A DNA stretch of 47,953 nt from Chiloscyllium plagiosum (Eukaryota), in the NCBI RefSeq assembly GCF_004010195.1, contig NC_057760.1, positions 3,997,867 to 4,045,819 of the forward strand, written 5' to 3'. Positions 1 to 11,798 of this stretch are shown piece by piece. Both the position numbers and the translations under genes were made by a program. Position 1 is the first letter of the stretch. Each line of letters starts with the position of its first letter. The notes beneath the pieces were generated by a model. The model saw only the letters and a program-made list of their open reading frames with translations. It did no database searches and was not told the origin of the DNA.

Positions 1-1810
1 ACTCGTACTGTAGTGATCCCAGTCAATATTTGGATAGTTGAAGTCCCCCATGACAATTACCCTGCCTCTCTCACTCCTATCGAGAATCATGTTTGCTATC
101 CTTTCCTCTACATCTCTGGGACTATTCGGAGGCCGATAGAAAACTCCCAGCATGGTGACTTCTCCTTTCCTGTTTCTAACCTCAGCCCTACTACCTCAGT
201 TGACAAGTCCCCAAACATCCTTTCGACAACTGTAATATTGTCCCTGATCAACAATGCCACATCTCCCCCTCTTTTACCATCTTCTCTGTTCTTACTGAAA
301 ACATCTGAATCCAGGAACCTGCAACAGCCATTCCTGTCCCTGCTCTATCCATGTCTCCGTAATGGCCACAACATCGAAGTCCCAGGTACAAACCCACTCT
401 GCCAGTTTACCCACTTTATTTCGGATGCTCCTCGCGTTGAAATACACACACTTCAATCCAGGTTCTTGCTCGCCAGTGCTAGATACTTGATTTTGGAACT
501 CCCTACTTTCATCCTCTTCTGTATCTGTCCTACAATTTTGGTTCCCATTCCCCTGCTGTATTAGTTTAAATCCACCTTCATAGCTTTCGCGAATTTCCCA
601 CTCAGGATATTCGTACCCCTCTGGTTTAGATGAAGACCATCCTGCTTGTAGAGGTCCCATCTACCCCAGAAAGAGCTCCAATTATCCAAAAACCCGAAAC
701 CCTCCCTCTTGCCCCATCCCTGTAGCCACATGTTCAACTCCTTTCTCTCCCTATTCCTCACCTCACTAGCACGTGGCACGGGCAGCAAACCAGAGAAAAC
801 AACTCTGTTTTTCCTAGCTCTAAGCTCCCATCCTAGCTCCCTGAATTTTTGCCTCAAGTCCCCATCTCTCTTCCGACCTATGTCGTTGGTGCCAATGTGG
901 ACCACGACTTGGGGCTGCTCTCCCTCCCCCCGAAGGATCCCAAAAACACGATCAGAGACATCACGGACCCTGGCACCCGGGAGGCAACACACCAACCGTG
1001 AGTCTCTCTCGTCCCCACAGAACCTCCTAACTGTCCCCCTAACTATAGAGTCCTCAATGACTACTGCTCTGCTTCTCTTCCCCCTTCCCTTCTGAGCAGC
1101 AGGTGCCCCACTGCTTTCCCCTGATAAGTCATTCCCCCCCAAACAGTATCCAAATCAGTAGACTTATTGTTGAGGGGAACGGCCACAGGGGATCCCTGCA
1201 CTGCCTGCCGGTTCCCTTTCTGTCCCCTAACTGTCACCCATCTGTCTTTTTCTTTTATCTGGGGAGTGACTACCTCTCTGAAAGTCCTGTCAATAACGCC
1301 CTCTGCCTCCCGAATGATCCGAAGTTCATCCAACTCCAGCTCCAGTTACCTAACGCAGTTTTCGAGGAGCTGGTGTTGGGTGCACTTCCCACAGATGTAG
1401 TCAGCAGGGATACTAGTGGTGACCCTCACTTCCCACATTCTGCAGGAGGAACATTCCGCTGCCCTAAACTCCATTCCCACTATTCTAACTCCCGAAGTGA
1501 CTACTAAAAAAAAAGGATTAGGAAATAAACTAGTTACCTTACCTTGTCAATCTGGCTCCCACAACTTTTTTTTTAGGTTAGAGGAGGAGGATGGGTGGGA
1601 GACACAACCCGAGTAGTGTCTCGGGTAACGCAACTACGCAAATATAAATTGTTCTACTTACCCTTCCCAGAAGTCCTTTGCTCGCTCCTCCCTCGCTGGC
1701 CTGAAGGTAAGAAGTTTAAATATACTTACCGGCCTTCCCGACAATCACCTCACACCAACGTCACCTCCTCCCGGCTCCCGCCTCCCACTGCTCCGAAGCA
1801 GCAAGACAGC
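1..1810 (-). mobile_element. CR1-clade LINE, 5' part (5'UTR, ORF1 zinc-finger/esterase, start of ORF2 APE endonuclease); runs off the window edge
   Basis: Minus strand reads CxxC..CxxC, then SGNH esterase motifs (DSIVRG, HIGTND, DGLHLN), then the endonuclease N-terminus (LKCVYFNARSIRNK..DVVAITETW). The 5' boundary is approximate. Confidence 0.9.
561..1474 (-). pseudogene. CR1 ORF1 (zinc finger + coiled coil + SGNH/GDSL-like esterase), disrupted
   Basis: ATG at 1474-1472 gives MEFRAAECSSCRMWEV..YICGKC. There is an in-frame TAA at 1348-1346 and a frameshift near the C7 run at ~1134-1140. The frame ends at TAA 563-561. Confidence 0.85.
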
Positions 1811-2146
1811 TTTTTACTTCTGACATGTATACCAATCTCTTTCTACTTTCATCCTTGGAAAGCATCTCCAGAACCTCTGCAGTGACACTTCACCAGGTGT
1901 GTCCAGACAGTACATGGGTCACAATGTAACTAGTGGAAGAATCCTACAGGACCATCCAAACTTATCCTCAGTACATAGACAAATCTCACCAGAAGACTTT
2001 ATAGCTCCAGGTCATTTCTCTCCCATACTTGAGCCGGACGTATGGGAGGGAAACGGTTTGTGATTGGATGAATAGTGCCGTGTTAGGAGTATCACTCAGC
2101 TAGGGGCCCAGAGCTGTATAGGGACTTACAGCGATTAAGGTGCACA

Positions 2147-2360
2147 CTGGTTTAAGGAAAAGGGTAATCAGAGTTGGGTTGTCATCAGGAAATGAAAGTC
2201 AGGATGCTGGTTTAGAGAGAAGGGATGAGAGTTGGGTTATAACCAGGTAATAAAGGTAAGGGTGCTGGCTTGGGGAGAAGGATTGCAAGAGTTAGTCTAT
2301 CACCAGGGGATGAAGATAAGGGTACTGGTTTGGGGACAGGGTTGAACAATAGTTAGGTCT
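2147..2360. repeat. Degenerate ~60-nt tandem repeat, ~3.5 copies
   Basis: CTGG(T/C)TT..AGGG..AGAGTT(G/A)G..CAGG..AAG..AGG recurs with starts at 2147, 2207, 2265 and 2325. Confidence 0.7.
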
Positions 2361-4923
2361 AATGATCAAAAGGAGTTGGGGAACAAAAGGAGCAACGCTG
2401 GCAACATTGGCATATCCTGGATTGGGAAACCAAGCAGGAAGCAACTCAAGCATCACCCATGTCGATTGTCAGCCAACTCCACATGATAATACATCCTCCT
2501 TTCCTGAGTGACAGTAAATTTGAATCGGGGGCACCATGCAGTAGTCGAAGTGTGGTCTAACCAAGCTTCATTAGGTCTGACATAGGCTCCCTACTTTTCA
2601 ATTGTATCCTTCTGGCAACGAAGCCAAGTGTTTGGTTTTCTTTTTTCAAAATTATCTTTCTAACCTGTGGCACAACCGTCAATGATTCATATATTTGTAC
2701 TCTTCCCCACCCAGACTTGCATTAGTAGTAAATAATCTCTGAACCTTCTTTCCATAAGGTACAACTCACTTTTACATGTAGAACTTGATTTGCAAATCAT
2801 ATGCATACTTTGCAAGTACGTACTCTAATTTGTTGCAATCCTCTAAGTATTGGTTATCCTATCTCAATTTGGCGCTACTTGAAAAATCTAGATATTATTC
2901 CAAAGTCTAAATTATTCATGGTTTCAGTACTGACCCTACTGAATTTATTGTTCCCATTTGTTGCTTCTTCTATAAATTTGTTGGTAAAAAATGTTTGAAA
3001 GTAAGACCTTCACAAAGATCACAGTAATACTCAGCAGTGTCAATGACAGCTTTCAATGGTGTTCACTTTCACAAACATACAGCACATCAGATAACAGCAA
3101 GATACAAAAAAAAAGCCTCAAACAAGTTCTGTTATCAAATGTTCAAAGTAAGACACCTCTGACCTTACTTATTTCCTCATCTCCTGAGGACAGACTATTG
3201 TTGAGCTAATTCCCACCACCACGATGCTTTCCAGCCTTTAATATCTTCCAGCCTTTCAGGGAGGCAAGTTTTCCCCTCCTGTGAAAAGCTCCACTAAAGC
3301 ACACAGCAAAAAAAAATCTCTGAAGGGAGTGCCCTCCCACACCAATAAGATGCAATTTCAGAATGCTCTTTAGAGACTAAGGACAACATGAATATAAATT
3401 CTAAAATTAAGTCAGGTTCTGTATCCAAATGGCTAATTCTCCCTGTATTCCATGAGATCTAACCTTGCTAATCAGTCTCCGAGGGGGAACCTTGTCGAAT
3501 GCCTTACTGAACTCCATATAGGTCACATCGACTGCTCTGCCCTCATCAATCCTCTTTGTTACTTCTTCAAAAAACTCAATCAAGTTTGTGAGACATGATT
3601 TCCCACGCACAAAGCCATGTTGACTATCCCAAATCAGTCTTTGCCATTCCAAAATACATGTACATCCTGTCCCTCAGGATTCCCTCCAATAACTTGCCCA
3701 CCACTGAGGTCAGGCTCACCAAGTCCATAGTTCCCTGGTTTGTCTTTACCGCCCTTCTTAAACAGTGGCACCACGTTTGCCAACCTCCAGTCTTCCGGCA
3801 CCTCACCTGTGACTATCGATGATACAAATATCTCAGCAAGAGGCCCAGCAATCACTTCTCTAGCTTCCCACAGAGTTCTCAGGTACACCTGATCAGGTCC
3901 TGGGGACTTGTCCACCTTTATCCGTTTCAAGACATCCAGTACTTCCTCCTCTGTAATCTGGACGTTTTGCAAGATGTCACCATCTATTTCCATACAGTCT
4001 ATATCTTCCATATCCTTTTCCACAGTAAATACTGATGCAAAATATTCATTTAGTATCTCCCCCATTTTCTGCGGCCCTATTTTCTCCCCCTATTTTCTTT
4101 GAGGGGTCCTATTCTCTTCCTAGTTACCCTTTTGTCCTTAATAGATTTGTAAAAACTCTTCGGATTCTCCTTAATCCTATTTGCCAAAGCTATGTCCCCT
4201 TTTTGCCCTCCTGATTTCCCCCTTAAGTATACTCCTACTTCCTTTATACTCTAAGGATTCACTCGATCTATCCTGTCTATACCTGACATATGCTTCCTTC
4301 TTTTTCTTAACCAAACCCTCAATTTCTTTAGTCATCCAGCATTCCCTATACCTACCAGCCTTTCCTTTCACCCTGACAGGAATATACTTTCTCTGAATTC
4401 TTGTTATCTCATTCCTGAATGCTTCCCATTTTCCAGCCGTCCCTTTACCTGCAAACATCTGCCTCCAATCAGCTTTCGAAAGTTCTTGCCTAATACCATC
4501 AAAATTGGCCTTTCTCCAATTTAGAACTGGCCTATCCTTTTCCATCATTATTTTAAAACAAATAGAATTATGGTTGCTGGCCCCAAAGTGCTCCCCCACT
4601 GATACCTCAGTCGCCTGCCCTGTCTTATTTCCCAACAGTAGGTCAAGTTTTGCACCTTTTCTAGTAGGTACATCCACATACTGAATCAGAAAATTGTCTT
4701 GTACACACTTAACAAATTCCTCGCCATCTAAACCTTTAACACTATGGCAATCCCAGTTGATGTTTGGAAAGCTAAAATCCCCTACCGTAACTATCCTATT
4801 ATTCTTACAGATAGCTGAGATCTCCTTACAAGTTTGTTTCTCAATTTCCCTCTGACTATTAAGGGGTCTATAATACAATCCCAATAAGGTGATCATCCCT
4901 TTCTTATTTCTCAGTTCCACCCA

Positions 4924-4983
4924 AATATCTTCCCGGGATGTATTTCCGGGAATATCTTCCCGGGATGTATTTCCGGGAATATC
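4924..4983. repeat. 27-bp in-frame tandem duplication in the CR1 endonuclease
   Basis: AATATCTTCCCGGGATGTATTTCCGGG x2 (EDIPGNTSR x2). It is single-copy in the sibling element at ~21160-21195. Confidence 0.9.
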
Positions 4984-5989
4984 CTCCCTCAGCACAACTG
5001 TAATGCTATCCCTTATCAAAAATGCCACTTCCCCCTCCTCTCATGCCTCCTTTCTATCCTTCCTGTAGCATTTGTATCCTAGAATATAAAGCTGCCAGTT
5101 CTGCCCATCCCTGAACCATGTTTCTCTAATTGCTATGATACCCCCATCCTTCTTGTACAGGTCACTTCTACCCCAAAAGAGATTCCAATGATCCAAAAAT
5201 GTGAATCCTTCTCCCATACACCAGCTCCTCAGCCATGCATTCATCTGCTCTATCCTCCTATTTCTGCCCTCACTAGCTCGTAGCACTAGGAGTAATCCAG
5301 ATGTACCCTTGAGGACCTCCTTTTTAAATTTCTGCCTAACTCTCTGTAATCCCTCTTCAGAATCTATTTTCCCTTTCTACATTGTTGGTTCCAATGTGGA
5401 CAATGACCTCTTGCTGGCCCCTCTCCCCCGTGAGAACATTCTGAACCCTCTCAGACATTCTTGACCCTGGAACCAGGGAAACACCACACCATTCTGCTTT
5501 TTCTCTGCTGGCTACAGAAACGTCTGTCTGTACCTTGGACTACAGAATCCCCTACCACAATTGATCTCTTGGAAGCCAACGTACCCCTTGTTGCATTAGA
5601 GCCACTCTCAATACCAGAAACTTGGCTGTTTGTGCTACGTTCCCCTGAGAATCCATCACCCCCTACATTTTCCAAAACAGCATACCTCTTTGACTCCTGC
5701 CCTAGGTGCCTACCTCTCTTACCCTTCCTGGAGTTAACCCATCTATGTGACTGTATCTGAGACATTTTCCCTTCCTATAACTGCCATCCATCACATACTG
5801 TTACTGTTGCAAATTCCTCATCGCTTCTATCTGTCTCTCCAACCGATCCATTCGATCTGATAAGATTCGCATCCAACAGCATTTATGGCAGATATAATCC
5901 GCAGTAACCCTTAAACTCTCTCTAAACTCCCATATCTGACAAGAAGTACAAATCACTACAAAGACCATTTTTGCTCCTTCACAATCTAC

Positions 5990-6142
5990 AGACAATAGGT
6001 GCAGTAGGCCATTCTGCCCTTCGAGCCTGCACCATCATTCATTATGATCATGGCTGATCATCCTCAATCGGTATCCTGATCCTGCCTTATCCCCAGAACC
6101 CTTGATTCCACTATCCTTCAGAGCTCTATCCAACTCTTTCTT
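5990..6142 (-). mobile_element. Short CR1 3'-end fragment nested in the 5'UTR of the 3407-6720 LINE
   Basis: Near-identical to 11799-11942, the 3' end of another CR1; flanked by AGAC. Confidence 0.8.
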
Positions 6143-7821
6143 GAGACCCAGAAAATAACACCGTATTATTCCTCTACAAAACACTGCACTAGGTTAAATT
6201 AATAGTTATGGCTTATATTTTAAGTTTAATCAAGAGACTTATCTCCAAAAACATATAATCAAGAAAGAACCCACTGTACTCACTACTGCAGCTTTTCTAT
6301 TGGACAGACTTAAAAATAATGATTAACTTATCTGATTCGGTGTTGTGAATTTCACCCAAACAGGTTCCTCCAAGATTAGTCGTGAAATTCACTGTTTGTT
6401 AATTTTCCCAGATGCACTCCGATGTCCAGCGATACATGAATTCAAAAACAACAAAGGCAGTAACTGCAGGTTCTCTCTCTCTCTCTCCTGCACTGTCCTC
6501 ACCATGTGCTTCCTTTGTCTGTTCTTCTCTCTTTTAAAACTGCTGTTGTTTTGACTTTTTTTTTCCCCAAAGTTCCAAAACAATGCAACAGCATATAAAA
6601 CAGTAATTGCTGCTCCTGGAATTCGAGGAAATCACCTCCAGCACCTAAAATACCTCAAGAAAAGGAGCAGCTCTTACAGCCAGAAATTTTTCCCATCCTC
6701 CATCTTGGATTACCCAGAATTCTAATGTGAACAAATTGTTAAAATGACACAAGTGTACATTTTGGACAGCAAACAATTAAAAGCAAAGATTTATTATTAG
6801 AGTTATGGTTATATCACTCTCTGGATAATTTGAGAAAGGCTCATTTGTGCTGGAGGCTTAGAACTCAATTTAAAGTACTTGGCTGGAGTGATAATTAAAG
6901 TAGCCTTTGCTCAGACTCAAATTAAAAACTGTTGAAATTTTCTAGAAATCAAGATCATGTGAGGTCTTTCCAAACTTTTTCTCTCACACACTCAGGCACA
7001 CACACCATTAACAGGAAAACGTGTCATAAAAGACATGAAGGAATTGGCTCCAAGGCAAATGAAGGGTAGCTCAGATAATGGAGTATTTAGAATCAAAGAA
7101 TGAAAAAGCACAGGGGCAGACCAATTAGCTCATATTGATGAAACTCTTTGGAATAACTACCCAATTAGTTCCATTGCCTCAGCTCTTTCACCAGAGCCTG
7201 CTAATTTTTCCCTTCCAAGTATTTATCCAATTTAATTTGAAGGTTATCTACTAAGATGCTTTTCAGATAACAAACTGTCATGCTAATAATGCTCATACGT
7301 TCTCTGATTTCATGACCAACCATGTCACGTTAACCACTTCAAGTTCATTCAACTTAGATCAGAGATGAAAGTATTATTGGTCTGCATGGCTCAGTGCTAG
7401 ATTGGCCAGTCCCTTTACCTGTTCAGCCACCAAGGGAGATGATGCTGATTTTCAGAAATTGCTGGGCTCGTCAAAAGGCAAGTACAGAACCAATAATGAC
7501 TATTTTAGCTCATTACACAATGGAACAATCTATCAGAAAAGAACCACCAAACTTGCTATCATAACTAAAGGAACAGTTGGTTGTAACCCTCATAAACAAA
7601 CGATGCACAAGCATTGCTGAAATAAAAATAAAAGCATACAATCCAATTGCTCCAATTCGAATAGCCGGTGAAACAACTATATCTGAAGCGCCTGCTCTCT
7701 CACACAAAATAGTTGGCAAGCTACTTATTCTCAAACCTTTGATGCTCTACAGCCTGTATGAGTAAGCCAACAATATCCACCCCAGGTATTTACTTTAGAA
7801 CAGATGAATGGACTTACATGT

Positions 7822-8092
7822 GTTTAGGTCAGAGTGGTGCTGGAAAAGCACAGCAGGTCAGGCAGCATCCGAGGAGCAGGAANNNNNNNNNNNNNNNNNN
7901 NNNNNNNNNNNNNNNNNNNNNNNTTTATCTCTCCACCCTGGAGGCTCCCTGCCTCCATTCCTGATGAAGGGCTTCTGCCCGAAACATGGATTTTCCTGCT
8001 CCTTGGATGCTGCCCAAACCTGCTGTGCTTTTCCAGCACCACTCCGATCTAAACTCTGGTTTCCAGCATCTGCAGTACTCACTTTTGCTCGT
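7822..8092 (+). mobile_element. Penelope-like element end with inverted 5' arm (spans gap); degenerate hammerhead at 7957-7992
   Basis: 7822-7882 is the reverse complement of ~7994-8054. TSD ATGGA(C/T)TTACATG at 7808-7820 and 8093-8105. Motif ATTC-CTGATGA-AGGGCTTCTGCCC-GAAA-CATG. Confidence 0.8.
7883..7923. other. Assembly gap
   Basis: Run of N. Confidence 1.
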
Positions 8093-10694
8093 ATGGATTT
8101 ACATGGTCTGCTTTTTTCCTACATTGTCATCTGCTGCAGTTGTAGAAAAGGCCCAAGTAAACTGATTGCGGAGGGTAAAAGGCTGAGCAGGGAAATAAAA
8201 GTCAAGCTGAAAATAAGAAAGTTATGGTTGAGAAGATGGATTGCAGAAGCATGACCGAGAGGATATGAGGTTAGAAATGAGACAAAACCGCAGACAACAT
8301 TTTCTCAATGACACAGGGCAGTCCTACTATGGTCAGTAACAGAGTATGCTACTTGTGATAATGTTTGATTAACACTTGATAGATTTGGAAGGAAACCAGA
8401 CATTCACACGATGACAAAGGAAAGGTCTGAGAGACAGGACAGTGTGCTGCAAAGTCAGAGGTGGAGAGGCTTTTCTTCAGGAGTCATGTAGTTGAACCAT
8501 ACTGCAAAGAAGGAGGTGCATTCAGCTCATTGAGCCTGTGCCGCTCTTTGTTAGAGCTATCCAATTAGTCCTAATAATCCATTCTTTCCTCATAGCTCTG
8601 AAAATTATTCCCCATTCATTCTCATGATTATTTCACTTTTAAAAGTGTATTATTGAAATCACTTCCTTTTGGGCACTGAATTCTAGATTGCCATTCAGAT
8701 CAACTCACTGAACAAAACTCTGCTTCCTCCTATCACCTTCAGTTCTTTTGCCAATTATCTTAAATCTGTATCCTCAAGTTACTGAAACTCCTGTTACTGT
8801 AAACAATTTCTCATTCCATACTCTTATAGTTGCTTGATCGTTCAGAATTTAAGTATTGCTGCATAAAAGACTTTTTGCCAAAGCTCTGCGTAATGCACCC
8901 ATCAGCATCCGCCATGACAACACCTCTTCTGGAAGCCATCTGCCAACAAACCAGTACTCTCCTCTCACAGTACAAAACGTTCATACTTGACTTTGATATT
9001 TCTTGCTAAAAGTCCTGATGAGTGCAAAATGAAAATCTTTTTTTACTTACTGCATTAAACCCACTATTTTGAACACTTCGAGCTAATCGCTCTTAACATC
9101 TGTGTGTAACTGAGAATAACTCCAGTTCCTTTTATCATTTCACATTAATGAAACTTCTAATAAACTTCTGCATCAAATCAAAAGCCTTGTAATCGCCCCA
9201 GAACTGGAGTACCTGGAACTGGTCATTTGCAATCCAAGCAATATTAAGAAAAGGACCAATCTTTGTTTCTGTACTCCTTATAAGCATTTTTTTGAAAAAA
9301 TAGAGTTGGAAAGTTAAGGTGTGAACTGAGCAAAGTACTGGTCTCTGAAAGCAATTTAAAACATTTAGTCATGGAGTCTTAATAGGCCTTGTGAGAAAGC
9401 CAGTTATGTACAGGCACTGGTTGCATAAGAACAGATCCTTCTAGCTCTTGTCCAGCCAAATACAAAGCAAATCTCAAGGGAAGTGGTGGGTAAAGAATCC
9501 TGAAGTAAAGACCTTGAAGTAACAGCAAAACAACTCTCAGGTTTACACCAGCCAAGAAAAGAAGCATTATGACCAGAGCCTGTGCTATTGTGACGTGATG
9601 ACAGATATATTTTTGCAGCAATCCAGCTTTCATGAGAACAATTTTTTATGCTGTGATTCAATGGGTTTTAATAATTTTAATAACCTAAGTTGGAACTTTA
9701 AAAATAACCATTTCCCACCAATATTCAAAGTGACTCGTCACAAATAACTGTGTACTTCACGAACGAAGAACTTATTACACAGCCAAGACTGGAAGGCCAA
9801 TTATAAAAGTATTGTAATTTCCAGTGCCTCTCAAACACTCCCTACTCCAATCAGAAAGTAAGATATTGGAGCAAAGGATGCAGCAAAATCAGCAACAGAA
9901 TTTGAGAAGAGATGGGGTGATATTACTACAAAATGTGGCTTCATGTACTTTCCCGAGGAACATGTCAGCATATGCAAGATAGAGAGAAGAAGTCAATGTG
10001 GGAGACAAAAAGGTAGAATATAAGAGTGCATGAGGATTTGATAGAAGCTTTTTGTTCATGGGATCAACATATTTTTGGAAATGTGAGCATTCACTGGCCA
10101 TTCTTAACTGCCATTAAGAAGGTAGCAGTGAACCACAGTCAAGTTCCCAATGAAAAGACATGTTGCACCTCTTAAACCTGCACTGAGCTTAACTGGAATA
10201 CTTCAAGAGCCAGAGAGCAGAGACGTGAGCATTGGGGCATACTGCAGAATTTAAATGACAGGTGACTAGAACGTCTAAGCCATGGAGGTGTCTTGTAAAG
10301 TGGTCCTCTCCATATGGTCTCTTCAACATAGAGGACATCATGTCAGGAGCAGTGACTACAATATATAAAATAGAATTAATCGCTGTTTCAATTTTCAGAA
10401 ATGTTTGGGGCCTTTGTGAGAAGGAAAGGAAGGGTGTTCTATCTTATGTGCTTCCATTTGGGAAGCTTATTTGGGAAGCAGAGGGGATGTCGATGGTGAC
10501 TGAGGGGCAGAACATTTTACCTATGCCCAAACATATTTAGTAATATCAGTTAATAAACTGATCATACGTCTCATAGTCCCTGTACAGCATTGCTAACCTA
10601 GAATAGCTGCTGTAAAGCCACTACCCTTTAAAAACTACATCTATGAAGCAGAGGTATTTTTCGTGAACAGTGCTGCTATAAAATCTACACTTCA

Positions 10695-10985
<291 letters not shown>

Positions 10986-11311
10986 TTAGAGAAGGTTCAA
11001 GTAAAAAGTTACACCCATTAGTAAAATTAGTCAGATACAAATAAACTTGACTCGGTTATATTCTTGCCTTGAATCAGAAAGTTACAAATTCACACAATTA
11101 TATAACACCTTTAATAAAGAAAAACATCTCATGCAACCTCAAAGGATTGAAAATCAGTCAAAAACAATCGAGACTGAATAAAAGGAGACAGTAGGATGTG
11201 TCTAAACGTTCAATCACTTGAGAATGCAGCTTTAAGAAAGTTCTAGAATTTGCATATGAAAGAACTGAAACCAACATGCCCATTATAAAAGATGAGAGAC
11301 TTAACAAACAA

Positions 11312-11517
11312 TCCAGGTCTTTTTCAATATATAATTTCAGTTACATCACATTGTAAACTTTTGCTATAAATTCTGTGCCCGAGAATCTTATACTCTACAA
11401 CCACCTGATGAGGCAGTGCTCCGAAAGCTAGTACTTCCAAATAAACCTGTTGGATAGCCAGGTGTTGTGTGATTTTGAACTTTGTACACCCCAGTCCAAC
11501 ACCAGCATCTCCAAATC
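11312..11517 (+). mobile_element. Penelope-like element 3' end (family 2) with degenerate hammerhead at 11402-11433
   Basis: Same sequence as the 25531-25748 element. Motif CAC-CTGATGA-GGCAGTGCTCC-GAAA-GC-TA-GTA. Confidence 0.75.
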
Positions 11518-11798
11518 TAAAAAGTTAATCAATGAAGCTGGTTTAAGAGGGCTCTTTAAAAGATGAGGTTTAAAAGGTTTGTAGATGGTATTGCTGAGCC
11601 CAGACAGCCACGAATAGTGGAGTCATGGAAGTCTACAAAAGCCCATAGCTGGCCAAAACCGGAGTAGCGTGGATATTTTGGAATGTTACAGAGTTGGATG
11701 AGACCGCAAAGAAAGGGTGACAAAGAGGGCAGAATAATCTGAAAACAATGAAATGTTTAATAAATCAAGACACTGTCAGACTGAGGCAAACATAGTCA

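Larger units (their letters stand above)
3407..6720 (-). mobile_element. CR1-clade LINE with 5'UTR, ORF1, endonuclease and first half of RT; 3'-truncated, with internal deletions
   Basis: ORF1 zinc finger CTSC..CHKC (5801-5968), esterase VGDSVVQG, endonuclease GLYYRP/VGDF/LDLLL/SNHN (4177-5028), RT KSPGPD..WRLANVVPLFKKG, QHGFVRGKSCLTNL, FSKAFDKVP. Confidence 0.9.

Noticed and set aside
561..1142. Stand-alone GDSL/SGNH esterase gene
   Set aside because: It is the known esterase domain of CR1-clade ORF1, disrupted and adjacent to ORF2.
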